This document shows, piece by piece, positions 50,997-61,239 of a stretch of 64,000 nt of DNA. This DNA comes from Thermodesulfobacteriota bacterium (GTDB lineage: Bacteria; Desulfobacterota; Binatia; Bin18): the NCBI GenBank assembly GCA_964291405.2, contig OZ219926.1, positions 3,840,001-3,904,000 on the forward strand, in the 5' to 3' direction. Under the pieces are notes generated by a model that was not told the DNA's origin, did not search any database, and saw nothing but the letters and a program-made list of their open reading frames with translations. Made by a program: the position numbers and the translations under genes. Position 1 is the first letter of the stretch; each line of letters starts with the position of its first letter.

Positions 50997-51120
50997 GACG
51001 AGCGTGCCCCTATTCCGGGCGTGTTCGTCATGCTATGTAGCGTAAAATTCATTGCTCTCAAAAGGACTTGGGACATAAAGCGAATACGCTGGAGAGACAC
51101 TTGATTCTCTCGGAGGAAGC

Positions 51121-52752
51121 ATGAATAAGCAAGCGTGGTTGAATGAGAAATATCCTCAACAGGAGGAACGTTCGCAGCGGTTTTCGACCATATCCGACAT
51201 GGAGGTCGAGCCCGTCTATACGCCGGACGATCTCAATGGCTCCAATCTCGAAGGGATAGGCTATCCGGGTGAATACCCCTACACCCGTGGGGTTTACCCG
51301 AGTATGTATCGGGGTCGTTACTGGACCATGCGTCAGTTCGCCGGGTTTGGCACGCCTGAGGATACGAATCAACGCTTTAAGCTGCTCTTGTCCGAGGGTC
51401 AAACCGGCCTGTCAACCGCCTTTGATATGCCGGTGCTAATGGGCTATGACGCGGACCATCCGCGCTCCTTGGGCGAGGTTGGCCGGGAGGGCGTGTCGGT
51501 CTCGACCATAAAGGACATGGAGCGCCTGTTCCAGAATATTCCGCTCGATAAAGTCTCCACCTCGATGACGGTGAACTGCACGGCCAGTATTCTGCTCGCC
51601 ATGTATATTGCGGTTGCCGATAAGCAGGGCATCCCACGCAATCAGATTAGCGGGACGATCCAGAACGATATGCTCAAGGAGTATATCGCCCAAAAGGAGT
51701 GGATCTGCCCGCCCGAACCCGCCGTCCGCATTGTCACCGACATGATTGAATTCTGTGCCAAGGAGGTGCCGCGCTGGCACGCGGTCTCGATTTCGGGCTA
51801 TCACATCCGTGAGGCCGGATCGACTGCGGTCCAGGAACTGGCCTTTACCCTGGCCGACGGTATTGGCTATGTCCAAGCCGGCATAGAACGGGGCCTTGAT
51901 GTTGACGAGTTTGCCCCGCGGCTGTCTTTTTTCTTTGATATCCATAACGACTTTTTTGAAGAAATCGCCAAACTGCGAGCGGCACGCCGGATGTGGGCCA
52001 CGATCATGAAGGAGCGCTTTGGCGCAAAGAACCCCCGCTCCATGCTGCTGCGCACCCATTGCCAGACGGCCGGTGTCAGCCTGACTGCTCAGCAACCGGT
52101 CAATAACGTCGTGCGGGTGGCGATTCAGGCCCTGGCAGGTGTCCTAGGTGGTACTCAGTCGCTACATACCAATTCCATGGACGAGACCCTGGCCCTCCCG
52201 ACTGAAGAGTCGGTTACGGTCGCGCTACGCACCCAGCAAATTATTGCGGAAGAGAGCGGTGTCACCAACTTCGTCGATCCGCTGGGCGGCAGTTGGGCCA
52301 TAGAAGCCCTGACGGATCGTATGGAAAAAGAGGCGTTCGCCTATATCGACCGGATTGACGAACTCGGCGGTATTATCCGGGCGATCAATATCGGTTTTCC
52401 GCAAAAGGAAATAGCCGATGCGGCCTATCGCTATCAGCAACAGTTGGATGCCAGAGAAAAGGTGATCGTCGGGGTGAATTCGCACGCGGTTGAAGAAGAG
52501 CGACCGATGGAAATCCTCAAGATTGATCCGGAAGTGGAGCGCAGCCAGATTGCCCAGGTCACGCAGGTGAAACAAGAGCGTGACAAGGCTGCAGCCGAAG
52601 AGCAGCTTGGCCGGGTCCATGCCGCGGCGCGTAACGGACAGAACCTGATGCCGGTCCTGATTGATGCCGTCAAGGCCCACTGCACGGTGGGCGAAATCTC
52701 CGACGTCTACCGTGAGGTGTTTGGCGTCTATCAGGACCCTGCCTGGCTGTAA
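51121..52752 (+). CDS. icmA: B12-dependent acyl-CoA mutase large subunit, isobutyryl-CoA mutase signature
   Basis: [28 protein letters not shown] and KEYIAQKEW carry Phe and Gln where methylmalonyl-CoA mutase has Tyr and Arg. Confidence 0.8.
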   Translation: MNKQAWLNEKYPQQEERSQRFSTISDMEVEPVYTPDDLNGSNLEGIGYPGEYPYTRGVYPSMYRGRYWTMRQFAGFGTPEDTNQRFKLLLSEGQTGLSTAFDMPVLMGYDADHPRSLGEVGREGVSVSTIKDMERLFQNIPLDKVSTSMTVNCTASILLAMYIAVADKQGIPRNQISGTIQNDMLKEYIAQKEWICPPEPAVRIVTDMIEFCAKEVPRWHAVSISGYHIREAGSTAVQELAFTLADGIGYVQAGIERGLDVDEFAPRLSFFFDIHNDFFEEIAKLRAARRMWATIMKERFGAKNPRSMLLRTHCQTAGVSLTAQQPVNNVVRVAIQALAGVLGGTQSLHTNSMDETLALPTEESVTVALRTQQIIAEESGVTNFVDPLGGSWAIEALTDRMEKEAFAYIDRIDELGGIIRAINIGFPQKEIADAAYRYQQQLDAREKVIVGVNSHAVEEERPMEILKIDPEVERSQIAQVTQVKQERDKAAAEEQLGRVHAAARNGQNLMPVLIDAVKAHCTVGEISDVYREVFGVYQDPAWL

Positions 52753-52759
52753 AACAAAA

Positions 52760-52825
52760 GGGGTTGGGGACTGGGGATTAGGGGCTGGGGGAGAGCCAAC
52801 CCCTAACCCCCAACCCCTAATCCCT
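52760..52825. repeat. Inverted ~7-bp tandem repeats: five G-tracts followed by C-tracts
   Basis: GGGGTTGGGGACTGGGGATTAGGGGCTGGGGG-agag-CCAACCCCTAACCCCCAACCCCTAATCCC between the mutase subunit genes. Confidence 0.75.
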
Positions 52826-52841
52826 TCTTCTGGAGGTTAGT

Positions 52842-53255
52842 GTGTCCGAAGAAAAAATACTCCGCATCCTGGTTGCAAAAGCCGGACTCGACGGTCATGA
52901 CCGCGGCGCAAAGATTATTGCCCGCGCGCTCAGGGACGCCGGCTTTGAGGTGATCTACACCGGCTTACATCAGACGCCGGAAATGATTGCTGAGGCGGCC
53001 GTGCAGGAAGACGTCGACGCCGTTGGTTTAAGTATTCTTTCCGGTGCGCATATGACCTTATTCCCCGCTATTCTGGGTGCGCTCAAAGAACGTGGAGCCG
53101 ATGATGTCGCTGTTTTTGGTGGGGGGATCGTTCCGGAAGACGATATGCCCGGACTGACGAAAGTCGGCGTGAAAAAAGTGTTTACTCCCGGAGCCAGCAC
53201 CCAGGAAATCGTAGACTGGATCTGGGCCAATGTTGAACCGCGCTCCGGTCTCTAA
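52842..53255 (+). CDS. icmB: Acyl-CoA mutase small, cobalamin-binding subunit
   Basis: GLDGHDRG (DxHxxG), [16 protein letters not shown]; GGAGG RBS before GTG. Confidence 0.88.
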   Translation: MSEEKILRILVAKAGLDGHDRGAKIIARALRDAGFEVIYTGLHQTPEMIAEAAVQEDVDAVGLSILSGAHMTLFPAILGALKERGADDVAVFGGGIVPEDDMPGLTKVGVKKVFTPGASTQEIVDWIWANVEPRSGL

Positions 53256-53287
53256 GCGGAGGGCCGAGCCTCGCTGCTAAGGGTATT

Positions 53288-53632
53288 ATGGTCAAACTGG
53301 TCGTCTGTGTAAAACGCAAGCCCGGTATGGGTGTCGAAGAGTTCCATGACTACTGGCGGACTCATCATGGGAGTCTGGTGAAGAGCGTCCCGGGGCTACG
53401 GCGGTATATTCGAAAATACGTCCAGAGTCACACGATCCCACAGGCGTACGAGAACGATGCCGCGCCCTTCGACGGTATTGCGGAACTGTGGTTTGACGAT
53501 CACGCTGCGGTGGAGGCTTTTTTAGCAGACCCGGACTACCTGGCCCAAGTGCGACCTGACGAACTGAAATTCTCAGACCACCCCAACCTCGTCTGGTTCG
53601 TGACCGAAGAGGTTGCCATGATTGACGACTAA
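53288..53632 (+). CDS. EthD domain protein
   Basis: KRKPGMGVEEFHDYWRTHH, YVQSH, FDGIAELWFD, DELKF. Confidence 0.88.
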   Translation: MVKLVVCVKRKPGMGVEEFHDYWRTHHGSLVKSVPGLRRYIRKYVQSHTIPQAYENDAAPFDGIAELWFDDHAAVEAFLADPDYLAQVRPDELKFSDHPNLVWFVTEEVAMIDD

Positions 53633-53661
53633 TCACCTGTTTTCAGACGGCTCCCGCTGCT

Positions 53662-54915
53662 GTGGAGTGCTTTGACGTTATTATTATCGGCTCTGGTCCG
53701 GCCGGGACCGCTACCGCGCTCAATCTGTTGCGGGCCGACCCTGCGTTCGCTGGCAATATTCTCCTGCTCGACAAAGCCGTTCATCCCCGAGAGAAGATCT
53801 GTGCCGGCGGCCTCATCCCCCATACTCTCGATTGTCTCAACGCCCTAGATATCCCGCTGAGCGTTCCTCACGTCCAGGTCGATCAGGCCCGTGTCCAGGC
53901 CCTGCCCGGCCAAGAGGTCGTGTGTGAAGAAGGGGGGATGTGTTCCATTATTCGACGGAACGAGTTTGATTTTTTACTCGTGCGCACCGCTGCGGAGCGT
54001 GGGGCGGAAATCCGCCAGGGAGAAAAGGTCATCCAGCTGGTTCGAGAGCCGGGCGGCATTCGGGTGGTGACCGAAAAGACGACGTATCGCGCTCGGATTG
54101 TCGTCGGGGCTGACGGGTCCGGGAGCCGGGTGCGACGACAATTGATCGGGCAGACCCACCAGCCAGTCGGTAAGGCCATGATGTCTGACGTTCCGGTCTC
54201 GGAAACTGCCTGGGACGGCTTCATCCAGCAGCGCTACGACTTTAATTTTCTGCCCGTACAGGATGGGTTGCGTGGCTATCTGTGGGCCTTTCCCTGTCTG
54301 ATTGATCAGATTGCCCATGTGAACCTTGGTATTTATTCATTGGGCATCAATTCTCTCTCAAACGCGGCCCTCCAGGATTGTCTTAGTGCGGAAATCAACG
54401 CGTTTAGTACAGCGGCGGCATCAGAGAGTGAACGTGTCCAGCATCGCATGGTTAGTGGAGGACACGTTTACTCTTTCGGGCAAACCCGACGGCTGCGGGC
54501 TTTTCCCATTTATGGCTATGCTCCCGAACGGCCGCTTGCCGCCCCGCATGTCGTGCTCGTCGGCGATGCGGCAGGAGCCGAACCGCTGATGGGGGAAGGC
54601 ATTTCCTTTGCGTTTGAATACGGAGCCTTTGCCGCTCAGGCCATCCGCGAGGCACTACGGACCAAGGACTTCTCGTTTGATGCCTATACCCAGACGATCT
54701 CTCAGTCGTGGCTCGGCAAGAAGCTGACCCGGCTGGCCTTTGCCACCAAGCTTTTCTATGGTCGGACAGCCCGCTTGTGGTTTACGCTTGCGGCGCGGAG
54801 TACGCGTCTCCAATCTATTAGCTTGAAGTGGTATAATGGGGTGGATGGTTGGCATCAGCGGAGTGGATGGGATGCCGTCCGAGCGGTCATCAGACGATAT
54901 CCGCAGCAGCCGTAA
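53662..54915 (+). CDS. Geranylgeranyl reductase-family FAD-dependent oxidoreductase
   Basis: IIGSGPAG, PREKICAGG, RNEFD, GADGSGS, GYLWAFP, VGDAAG, GEGI. Confidence 0.85.
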   Translation: MECFDVIIIGSGPAGTATALNLLRADPAFAGNILLLDKAVHPREKICAGGLIPHTLDCLNALDIPLSVPHVQVDQARVQALPGQEVVCEEGGMCSIIRRNEFDFLLVRTAAERGAEIRQGEKVIQLVREPGGIRVVTEKTTYRARIVVGADGSGSRVRRQLIGQTHQPVGKAMMSDVPVSETAWDGFIQQRYDFNFLPVQDGLRGYLWAFPCLIDQIAHVNLGIYSLGINSLSNAALQDCLSAEINAFSTAAASESERVQHRMVSGGHVYSFGQTRRLRAFPIYGYAPERPLAAPHVVLVGDAAGAEPLMGEGISFAFEYGAFAAQAIREALRTKDFSFDAYTQTISQSWLGKKLTRLAFATKLFYGRTARLWFTLAARSTRLQSISLKWYNGVDGWHQRSGWDAVRAVIRRYPQQP

Positions 54916-54927
54916 GGAGGCAGGAGC

Positions 54928-55260
54928 GTGGCACGGCAGAAAAAGGCTCGACCGGCAGCACCGAAGCGTAAAACATCGCGGAAAAAAGGACGATGGCTGT
55001 GGCTCCCGAAACTCATGCTGCTCATGGCGTGTGTGGGATTAGTGGTGTTTATCGGCGTAATTTTTGTGATGGAAGAAGAACTGCGTCGGATTGGCCTGTT
55101 CGGTTCTGAGGAAGGGCAGGAGACGACCCACAGCCAAGTCCTCGCTCAACCGGCCCCTGAGAATAGCCAGGCCGACGTAGTCGAAGAAGTCACCCAAGAG
55201 GAACGTCAAGAATTAGAAGCCATTCTGCAGCAGGTGAAGGAAAAACACGGCAAAGAGTAA
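54928..55260 (+). CDS. Hypothetical single-pass membrane protein
   Basis: Basic N-terminus, one TM helix, acidic C-terminus; GGAG RBS before GTG. Confidence 0.6.
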   Translation: MARQKKARPAAPKRKTSRKKGRWLWLPKLMLLMACVGLVVFIGVIFVMEEELRRIGLFGSEEGQETTHSQVLAQPAPENSQADVVEEVTQEERQELEAILQQVKEKHGKE

Positions 55261-55323
55261 ACGTGTCCTCCTCTAAATATACGATGCTGGACACATTTAC
55301 TCTTTCCACTCTGACCCGAAACG

Positions 55324-56151
55324 ATGGAATTTCTGGACGCTTATCAACGTGCTGTTGCGCTCCCGCAGGTGCCGCGGCGCATTATCTCGCTCGTTCCGAG
55401 TATCACCGAGACGGTGTTCGCGCTCGGGGCCGGTGAACGTGTTGTCGGTGTCACATCCTACTGTACCCATCCGCCCGATGGGGTGGCCGATGTGGCGCGC
55501 GTTGGCGGGACAAAAGACCCTGACCTTAACACGATTGAGCGCTTGGAGCCCGACCTCATTATTGTCAACGATGAGGAGAATCGGCAAGAGGATTTCAGCG
55601 CGCTGGAAAAACGGGGGTTGCCTCTGTATGTGACCGCTCCGCGCACGGTAGCAGAGGGGATACGGATGGTAGAACAGCTCGGTCCGCTCATTGGCTGCCA
55701 GGTGCAAGCCCGGGCGCTGGCGCGATCACTCTGGCAGCAATACGAGGAGAGCACGGCCGGGCTCAAAGAGGTCGAACGGCTCCGCGTATTTTGTCCTATC
55801 TGGCGCAAGCCTTGGATGTCGTTTAATCGCGAGACATATAGCGATGATATGCTGTGGCGGTGTGGCGGAGAGAATATCTTTCGCGCCAAGGACGAACGGT
55901 ATTTCTCCCTCTCCCTTGACGAAGTGGTTGCGGCCGACCCCCACCTCATTCTGCTCCCAAGCGAGCCCTATCCCTTTGCGGAAAAGCATTTCGTCCATCT
56001 CTCACCGCTCCAGGAGACCGCAGCTGGCCGCGGCGGTCACTTCTACTGCGTTGATGGCATGGCGTTGTGTTGGTATGGACCGCGCATCGCTCACGGTTTA
56101 ACCGAACTGTCCCGCTTATTTGCTTTTGTGCGGGACACAATGGACGATTAA
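55324..56151 (+). CDS. BtuF/TroA-like helical backbone metal receptor
   Basis: RIISLVPSITE, VGVTSYCTHP, VGGTKDP, EEN, LPSEPYPF, WYGPR; no signal peptide. Confidence 0.85.
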   Translation: MEFLDAYQRAVALPQVPRRIISLVPSITETVFALGAGERVVGVTSYCTHPPDGVADVARVGGTKDPDLNTIERLEPDLIIVNDEENRQEDFSALEKRGLPLYVTAPRTVAEGIRMVEQLGPLIGCQVQARALARSLWQQYEESTAGLKEVERLRVFCPIWRKPWMSFNRETYSDDMLWRCGGENIFRAKDERYFSLSLDEVVAADPHLILLPSEPYPFAEKHFVHLSPLQETAAGRGGHFYCVDGMALCWYGPRIAHGLTELSRLFAFVRDTMDD

Positions 56152-56353
56152 GCCGTTCCCGGTCGCACATCCACCCACGTCAGTAAAGTAAGGAACCCAT
56201 TCTGTGTCTCGGTTGGCACGGTCCTCGTATTGCCTGTGGCGAGGTTGGCGGAACCGTCCAAATTGTGTATGCTTGAGCGGGTAGCTACGGACGATTAAGC
56301 CGTTCCCGGTTTCACCTCCCCCAGCATCACCAAAGTAAGGAATCCTTCCTGTG
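56142..56353 (+). repeat. 65-bp imperfect direct repeat, 147-bp period, ending at the dnaB start codon
   Basis: Copies at 56142-56206 and 56289-56353; first 22 bp and an internal AAAGTAAGGAA identical; 53/65 matches by manual count. Confidence 0.8.
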
Positions 56354-57796
56354 GCACGATCCTATTCAACGCCTGAAGATATCTTACGCAAGGTACCGCC
56401 ACAGAGTCCGGAGGCCGAAGAGGCTGTCTTGGGCGGGATTCTGCTGGATTCCCAGGCTTTGGATAAAGTGATTGAGATCCTGGGGCCGGATGACTTTTAT
56501 CGTCCGGTCAGCCAGAAAATTTTTCTGGCTATGATTACCTTGAGCGGGCGGGGCGAACCGATTGACCTGATCACATTAACCGATGCCCTCAGAACACACG
56601 ACGAATTACAGGAGGTCGGTGGAGCCACCTACATCGCTGAACTTGGTGACAGGGTGCCGAGTGCGGCCAATATTACTTACTATGCACGGATTGTCAGGGA
56701 AAAGGCTATCCTGCGCAGTTTGATCCACGTGGCCGGAGATATCGTTAGTCGGGCATATACCAGCCAGGAGGATATTGAGCAATTTCTTGATGATGCCGAG
56801 CGCTTAATCTTTGAGGTATCCGAGCAACGGATTCGTCCGGCCTTCTCCAAGGTCGGGGATATGATCATGGACACGATCAAGACCATCGAACAACTCTATG
56901 AACGCAAGGAGTTGGTGACTGGTATCCCAACCGGTTTTCTGGATCTCGATCAAAAAACGGCAGGGTTCCAGCCCGCAGACCTAGCGATTATCGCGGCACG
57001 CCCGAGCATGGGAAAAACCGCCTTTGTACTGAACATTGCCCAGTATGTGGCGGCACAGACCGAGACTCCGGTTGGGATATTCTCGCTCGAAATGTCGAAA
57101 GAACAACTGGTCATGCGGATGTTGTGTTCCGATGCCCGGGTGGATAATGCGAAGGTCCGCACCGGGTATTTGGGAGAACGGGACTTTCCCCGCTTGGCGA
57201 TGGCGGCCGGACGACTGGCGGAAGCCCCGATTTATATCGACGACACGCCCGGACAAAATGTGCTTGAAGTGCGAGCCAAAGCGCGGCGGTTGAAACACGA
57301 GGCCAATCTCGGCCTTGTGATTATTGATTATCTCCAGTTGATGCGTGGTCTGACCTCGGAGGAGAATCGGACCCAGGAGCTTGCGGAAATTTCACGCGGC
57401 CTGAAGGCCCTGGCCAAAGAGTTGAATATCCCCGTGGTCGCCCTCTCCCAGCTCAACCGCCAGGTCGAACTCCGCGGGGACAAACGGCCTATGATGTCGG
57501 ATATTCGCGAGTCGGGCGCAATTGAGCAGGATGCGGACGTCATTATGTTCATTTACCGAGATGAGTTCTACCACCCCGAGTCGGAAGAAGAAGGGACCGC
57601 GGAAATTATTATCGGCAAGCAACGCAATGGCCCCACGGGTACGGTCCGGCTGGCTTGGCGGAGCGAGTACACGCGATTTGACAACCTGATCGATACTCCT
57701 GCCCTTCCCGAACCCGAACCCGATACTCCTGCCCTTCCCGAACCCGATACTCGTACCCTTCCCGAACCCGACGAAGACTTGGTGGAGGAGGGGTAA
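56351..57796 (+). CDS. dnaB: Replicative DNA helicase
   Basis: PPQSPEAEEAVLG, AARPSMGKT, FSLEMS, IIDYLQL, SQLNR, RESGAIEQDAD, KQRNGPTG; no intein. Confidence 0.97.
   Translation: MARSYSTPEDILRKVPPQSPEAEEAVLGGILLDSQALDKVIEILGPDDFYRPVSQKIFLAMITLSGRGEPIDLITLTDALRTHDELQEVGGATYIAELGDRVPSAANITYYARIVREKAILRSLIHVAGDIVSRAYTSQEDIEQFLDDAERLIFEVSEQRIRPAFSKVGDMIMDTIKTIEQLYERKELVTGIPTGFLDLDQKTAGFQPADLAIIAARPSMGKTAFVLNIAQYVAAQTETPVGIFSLEMSKEQLVMRMLCSDARVDNAKVRTGYLGERDFPRLAMAAGRLAEAPIYIDDTPGQNVLEVRAKARRLKHEANLGLVIIDYLQLMRGLTSEENRTQELAEISRGLKALAKELNIPVVALSQLNRQVELRGDKRPMMSDIRESGAIEQDADVIMFIYRDEFYHPESEEEGTAEIIIGKQRNGPTGTVRLAWRSEYTRFDNLIDTPALPEPEPDTPALPEPDTRTLPEPDEDLVEEG
57691..57771 (+). repeat. In-frame 24-30 bp tandem repeat in the dnaB 3' end
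   Basis: cgatactcctgcccttcccgaacc units encoding DTPALPEPEP-DTPALPEP-DTRTLPEP. Confidence 0.85.
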
Positions 57797-57852
57797 CACG
57801 CCTCTGGAGTGTCAGGAGTGGGAGTCTTATTCTCCCCGCCCGTTGTTTCCTT

Positions 57853-58491
57853 TTACCGTTCGGGGCTGTCGAGCTGCCGGAGGAGGGTTTTGACCCGATA
57901 TTGGATATCCGGGGCGAGAACAATATCGCTAATCAGCGCGACCGCGTCTGCGCCGGCCCGGAGGACTGCCGGCGCCCGCTCGGCCGTAATCCCGCCAATC
58001 GCCACAATAGGAATACGAACCTGCTGACGAATTTCTTGGAGTTGCTCAAGGCCGCGAGCAGTATAGCCGGTCGCTTTTGTTGTTGTGCCGAACAGCGGCC
58101 CAAATCCAATATAGTCGGCGCCCTCCTGTTCGGCGGTCAGCGCTTGCTGGACAGTGTGGGTTGAAACGCCGATAATCTTTTCGCATCCAAAGATCTTGCG
58201 CGCCGCAGCCAGTGGCAGGTCTTCCTGGCCGAGGTGAACGCCGTCAGCCTCAACTGCCAGGGCAATATCCACTCGATCATTGATGATGAGCGTACACTGA
58301 TAGTGTCGGCAAATGCGTTGGACTTCTGTGGCCAGGGCGACAAAATCTCGTGTCGGCTGCTGTTTGACGCGCAACTGGAGGAGGCGTACCCCCCCAGCAC
58401 ACAGATGGTCGGTCAGTCCCTGGAATGACAGCTCGGGCCGATTTAATGTGTCAGCCATGGCGTAGAACGGACTGGGAAAAGAGAAGGGCAT
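57853..58491 (-). CDS. thiE: Thiamine-phosphate synthase
   Basis: LQLRVK, IINDRVD, DGVHLGQED, GVSTH, TTTK, AIGGI. Confidence 0.94.
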   Translation of the reverse strand: MPFSFPSPFYAMADTLNRPELSFQGLTDHLCAGGVRLLQLRVKQQPTRDFVALATEVQRICRHYQCTLIINDRVDIALAVEADGVHLGQEDLPLAAARKIFGCEKIIGVSTHTVQQALTAEQEGADYIGFGPLFGTTTKATGYTARGLEQLQEIRQQVRIPIVAIGGITAERAPAVLRAGADAVALISDIVLAPDIQYRVKTLLRQLDSPER

Positions 58492-58503
58492 GTGAGGGAT
58501 CGC

Positions 58504-59931
58504 TCACTTTTTGACGGCTATTTTGAGGTCCGTCATTTTTTTGCGTAAGGTATTGCGATTAATCCCCAAAATCTCTGCGGCCTTGAGCTGATTCCCGCGG
58601 GTATGGTCCAGGACCAGTTCGATCAGCGGCTTTTCGACTTGGCTAATGACCACCGCGTGCAGGTCTCCGGTCTCGAGCAGGGTGGGTTGCTGAAGATAGG
58701 CCGTGAGTTGACGCTGGATGACCTCCTCGAACGAGAGTTCTGCAAGATCAACCGGCAGCGGAGTTCTCGTCTGTGGGAGCGAGAAATCTGCCGGCGTCAG
58801 TAACGGACTCGGGCTGAGGACGGCCGCTCGGAGGAGAGTGTTTTCCAACTCTCGCACATTCCCCGGCCAGGAATAATGGGTGAGCAGGGCTTGCGCCTCA
58901 GGAGTAATGCCTGTTGCCGAGGTCCCCACCTCCTGCGTAATCTTATCGAGAAAATAGGCGGTGAGTTCGGGAATATCCTCGCGCCGCTGGCGCAGTGGGG
59001 GCAGGGTGATCGGTACGACGCGAAGACGAAAATATAAATCTTCCCGAAAACGTTTTTCTTTAACTGCGGCTGCCAGGTCCTGATTGGTGGCCGCGATGAT
59101 GCGCACGTCCGCTTGGAGTGCTTGGCTTCCTCCGACGCGGGTGAACTCACGTTCCTGGAGGACGCGGAGCAGCTTTGCCTGAAGCGACGGGGGCATGTCG
59201 CCTATTTCATCCAGGAAGAGGGTCCCACCAGCGGCCTGTTCAAACTTCCCGGCATGCCGCTCAACCGCGCCGGTGAATGCCCCACGTTCGTGGCCGAACA
59301 GCTCGCTTTCAAGCAGATCGAGCGGAATGGCCGAACAGTTCACCCCAATAAAAGGCGCTCGCCAGCGGGCTGAGTAGTGGTGAATCACTTTCGCCACTAA
59401 CTCTTTGCCCGTCCCGCTTTCGCCCTGGAGGAGGACGGTTGCATCGCTGCGGACGATCCGTCCGATAGTTTTGTATACCTGCTGCATGGCCGCGCCGCTG
59501 CCGATGATCTGCTCATCGCGCCCCTGGATAGCCGGCAGTGGACGCTCCATATTGGCCGTGAGCCGCTTGGCTTCTATGACGTGGGAGACCAACGCGTGCA
59601 CATCATTGAGGTCGAACGGTTTTGGCAAATAGTCAAAGGCCCCATGTTTCATTGCCTCGATCGCATTGGTCAGCGTGGTTTGACCGGTCATGATGATGAT
59701 CGGGAGGTCGATCTGAGCGGCTTGCGTCTTCTGTAAGAGATCCAAACCGTTGAGTCCCGGCATGCGAATATCAACAAAGGCCAGATCGAACGCCTGTTCC
59801 TGCACGGCCGACCAGGCTTGAGAGCCTGTTGCGACTGCTTCGACGTGATAGCCCTGCTCGGTGAGCGTATCATGCAGAACCTGGCGGATGAGGTCTTCGT
59901 CGTCGGCAATGAGAATTGTTCCGTTCACCAC
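58504..59931 (-). CDS. ntrC: Sigma54-dependent response regulator, NtrC-like
   Basis: Receiver domain (ADDE, DIRMP), [32 protein letters not shown], Fis-type [23 protein letters not shown]. Confidence 0.85.
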   Translation of the reverse strand: MVNGTILIADDEDLIRQVLHDTLTEQGYHVEAVATGSQAWSAVQEQAFDLAFVDIRMPGLNGLDLLQKTQAAQIDLPIIIMTGQTTLTNAIEAMKHGAFDYLPKPFDLNDVHALVSHVIEAKRLTANMERPLPAIQGRDEQIIGSGAAMQQVYKTIGRIVRSDATVLLQGESGTGKELVAKVIHHYSARWRAPFIGVNCSAIPLDLLESELFGHERGAFTGAVERHAGKFEQAAGGTLFLDEIGDMPPSLQAKLLRVLQEREFTRVGGSQALQADVRIIAATNQDLAAAVKEKRFREDLYFRLRVVPITLPPLRQRREDIPELTAYFLDKITQEVGTSATGITPEAQALLTHYSWPGNVRELENTLLRAAVLSPSPLLTPADFSLPQTRTPLPVDLAELSFEEVIQRQLTAYLQQPTLLETGDLHAVVISQVEKPLIELVLDHTRGNQLKAAEILGINRNTLRKKMTDLKIAVKK

Positions 59932-59937
59932 AGCATC

Positions 59938-61158
59938 CTATCCTGGCGGGACGGGTAAATACACGTGGAAGCCCGCCCCTTGTCCTGGGCTGCTTTCCAC
60001 CCGAATGGTCCCTCCGTGTTGAGCAATAATCTGTTGGCTGACCGGTAAACCCAAGCCTGTGCCCTGGCTCTTGGTGGTAAAAAACGGGGTGAACAAATGG
60101 GGGAGATGATCCGGGGTAATCCCCGGCCCGTTGTCAGCGAAAATAACGCACAGAAAACGACCGCCGGCGTGGTTGTCGTAAAGTGGTTGTTTTTCCAGAG
60201 CGTCTGGGGGCTGCGTTTGGGCAGGGGGAGCAACGCTTCCTGGCTGAAGGGGGACAGTCCGGTCAAGAGGCAAACGCATCAGATGAAAGTCTGTCGCCAT
60301 TTTTGTCGAAATACTGAGGACCCCACCACGTTGTCCGCGGAGGGCCTGCAAACTGTTTTTGATCAGGTTGCGAAAGACCTGAGAGAGGCGCGCCTCATCG
60401 CCGGACACGGGCGGCAAACTCGGGTCAAAATGAGTTTGGACGGTGGTTCCCCTGGCAGCCGCTTCTTGTTCAAGCAGCAGGACATCGGTGATCGTCTTGT
60501 GGATATTGACCGGCTGTGGATCAAAGTGGGGGCGCGCCGAGAGCTCAAGCAACTGCTCAAGCAGCGCGCTGAGGCGGTCAATCTCGTCCACCATGATAGT
60601 CGTGTATTTGACCGCGGACTGGTCGGTCTTGACCCGAGACTGGAGGAGTTGAGCCGCGCCGCGGATGCCCGCCAGGGGATTTTTGATTTCGTGCGCGAGT
60701 CCGGCAGCCACCACGCCAAGGGAGGTCAGTCGGTCATCCCGCTGTTGTTCCTCTTCCAGTTCTTTCTGGTGGCTCAGATCGTGTAAGACCAAGACAAGCC
60801 CCAGGGGACAGTCGTCCTGGTCGAAAATAGGAGAACAGGTGACACGGACCGGGACGACGCGGCGAAAACGGTCTCGCAACTCTCCCTCTCCTGCAGTCCG
60901 GCTATAGTCAGGTTCCTGCGCCCTCCGGATGAGGGTCACAATCCACGAATTTTCGTCGAAAACGTGGGCATACGAAACCCCCCGGACTTGGGTTTGGGCG
61001 ACACCGGTAAGGGATTCCGCGGCGGCATTAAAGAAGACGATATTGTGCCGGTTATCGATGATTGCCAAGCCTTCTTCGAGATATGTCGCAATATGTTCCC
61101 AATAGCTCGAGGGAAAATTTGAAGGAGATTGGCCGGAGGTGAGTCTTTGCTGCGTCAC
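59938..61158 (-). CDS. ntrB: PAS-domain histidine kinase, NtrB-like
   Basis: PAS domain, AGLAHEIKNPLAGIRGAAQLL H-box, NLIKNS, DNGPGI, GTGLGL. Confidence 0.85.
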   Translation of the reverse strand: MTQQRLTSGQSPSNFPSSYWEHIATYLEEGLAIIDNRHNIVFFNAAAESLTGVAQTQVRGVSYAHVFDENSWIVTLIRRAQEPDYSRTAGEGELRDRFRRVVPVRVTCSPIFDQDDCPLGLVLVLHDLSHQKELEEEQQRDDRLTSLGVVAAGLAHEIKNPLAGIRGAAQLLQSRVKTDQSAVKYTTIMVDEIDRLSALLEQLLELSARPHFDPQPVNIHKTITDVLLLEQEAAARGTTVQTHFDPSLPPVSGDEARLSQVFRNLIKNSLQALRGQRGGVLSISTKMATDFHLMRLPLDRTVPLQPGSVAPPAQTQPPDALEKQPLYDNHAGGRFLCVIFADNGPGITPDHLPHLFTPFFTTKSQGTGLGLPVSQQIIAQHGGTIRVESSPGQGAGFHVYLPVPPG

Positions 61159-61239
61159 TCAAGCTCCCATCTCAAACCTTGTTTTTCTTGTCAAGACGGG
61201 GTTGCCAAACAGCGCTAGCGCCAGCTATGCTGTTCTGAC

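Noticed and set aside
56214-56228. Sigma54 promoter TGGCACG before dnaB
   Set aside because: The -12 element reads TCGT rather than TTGC.
56142-56353. Mini CRISPR array
   Set aside because: Only two diverged 65-bp copies, an 82-bp spacer and no cas genes.
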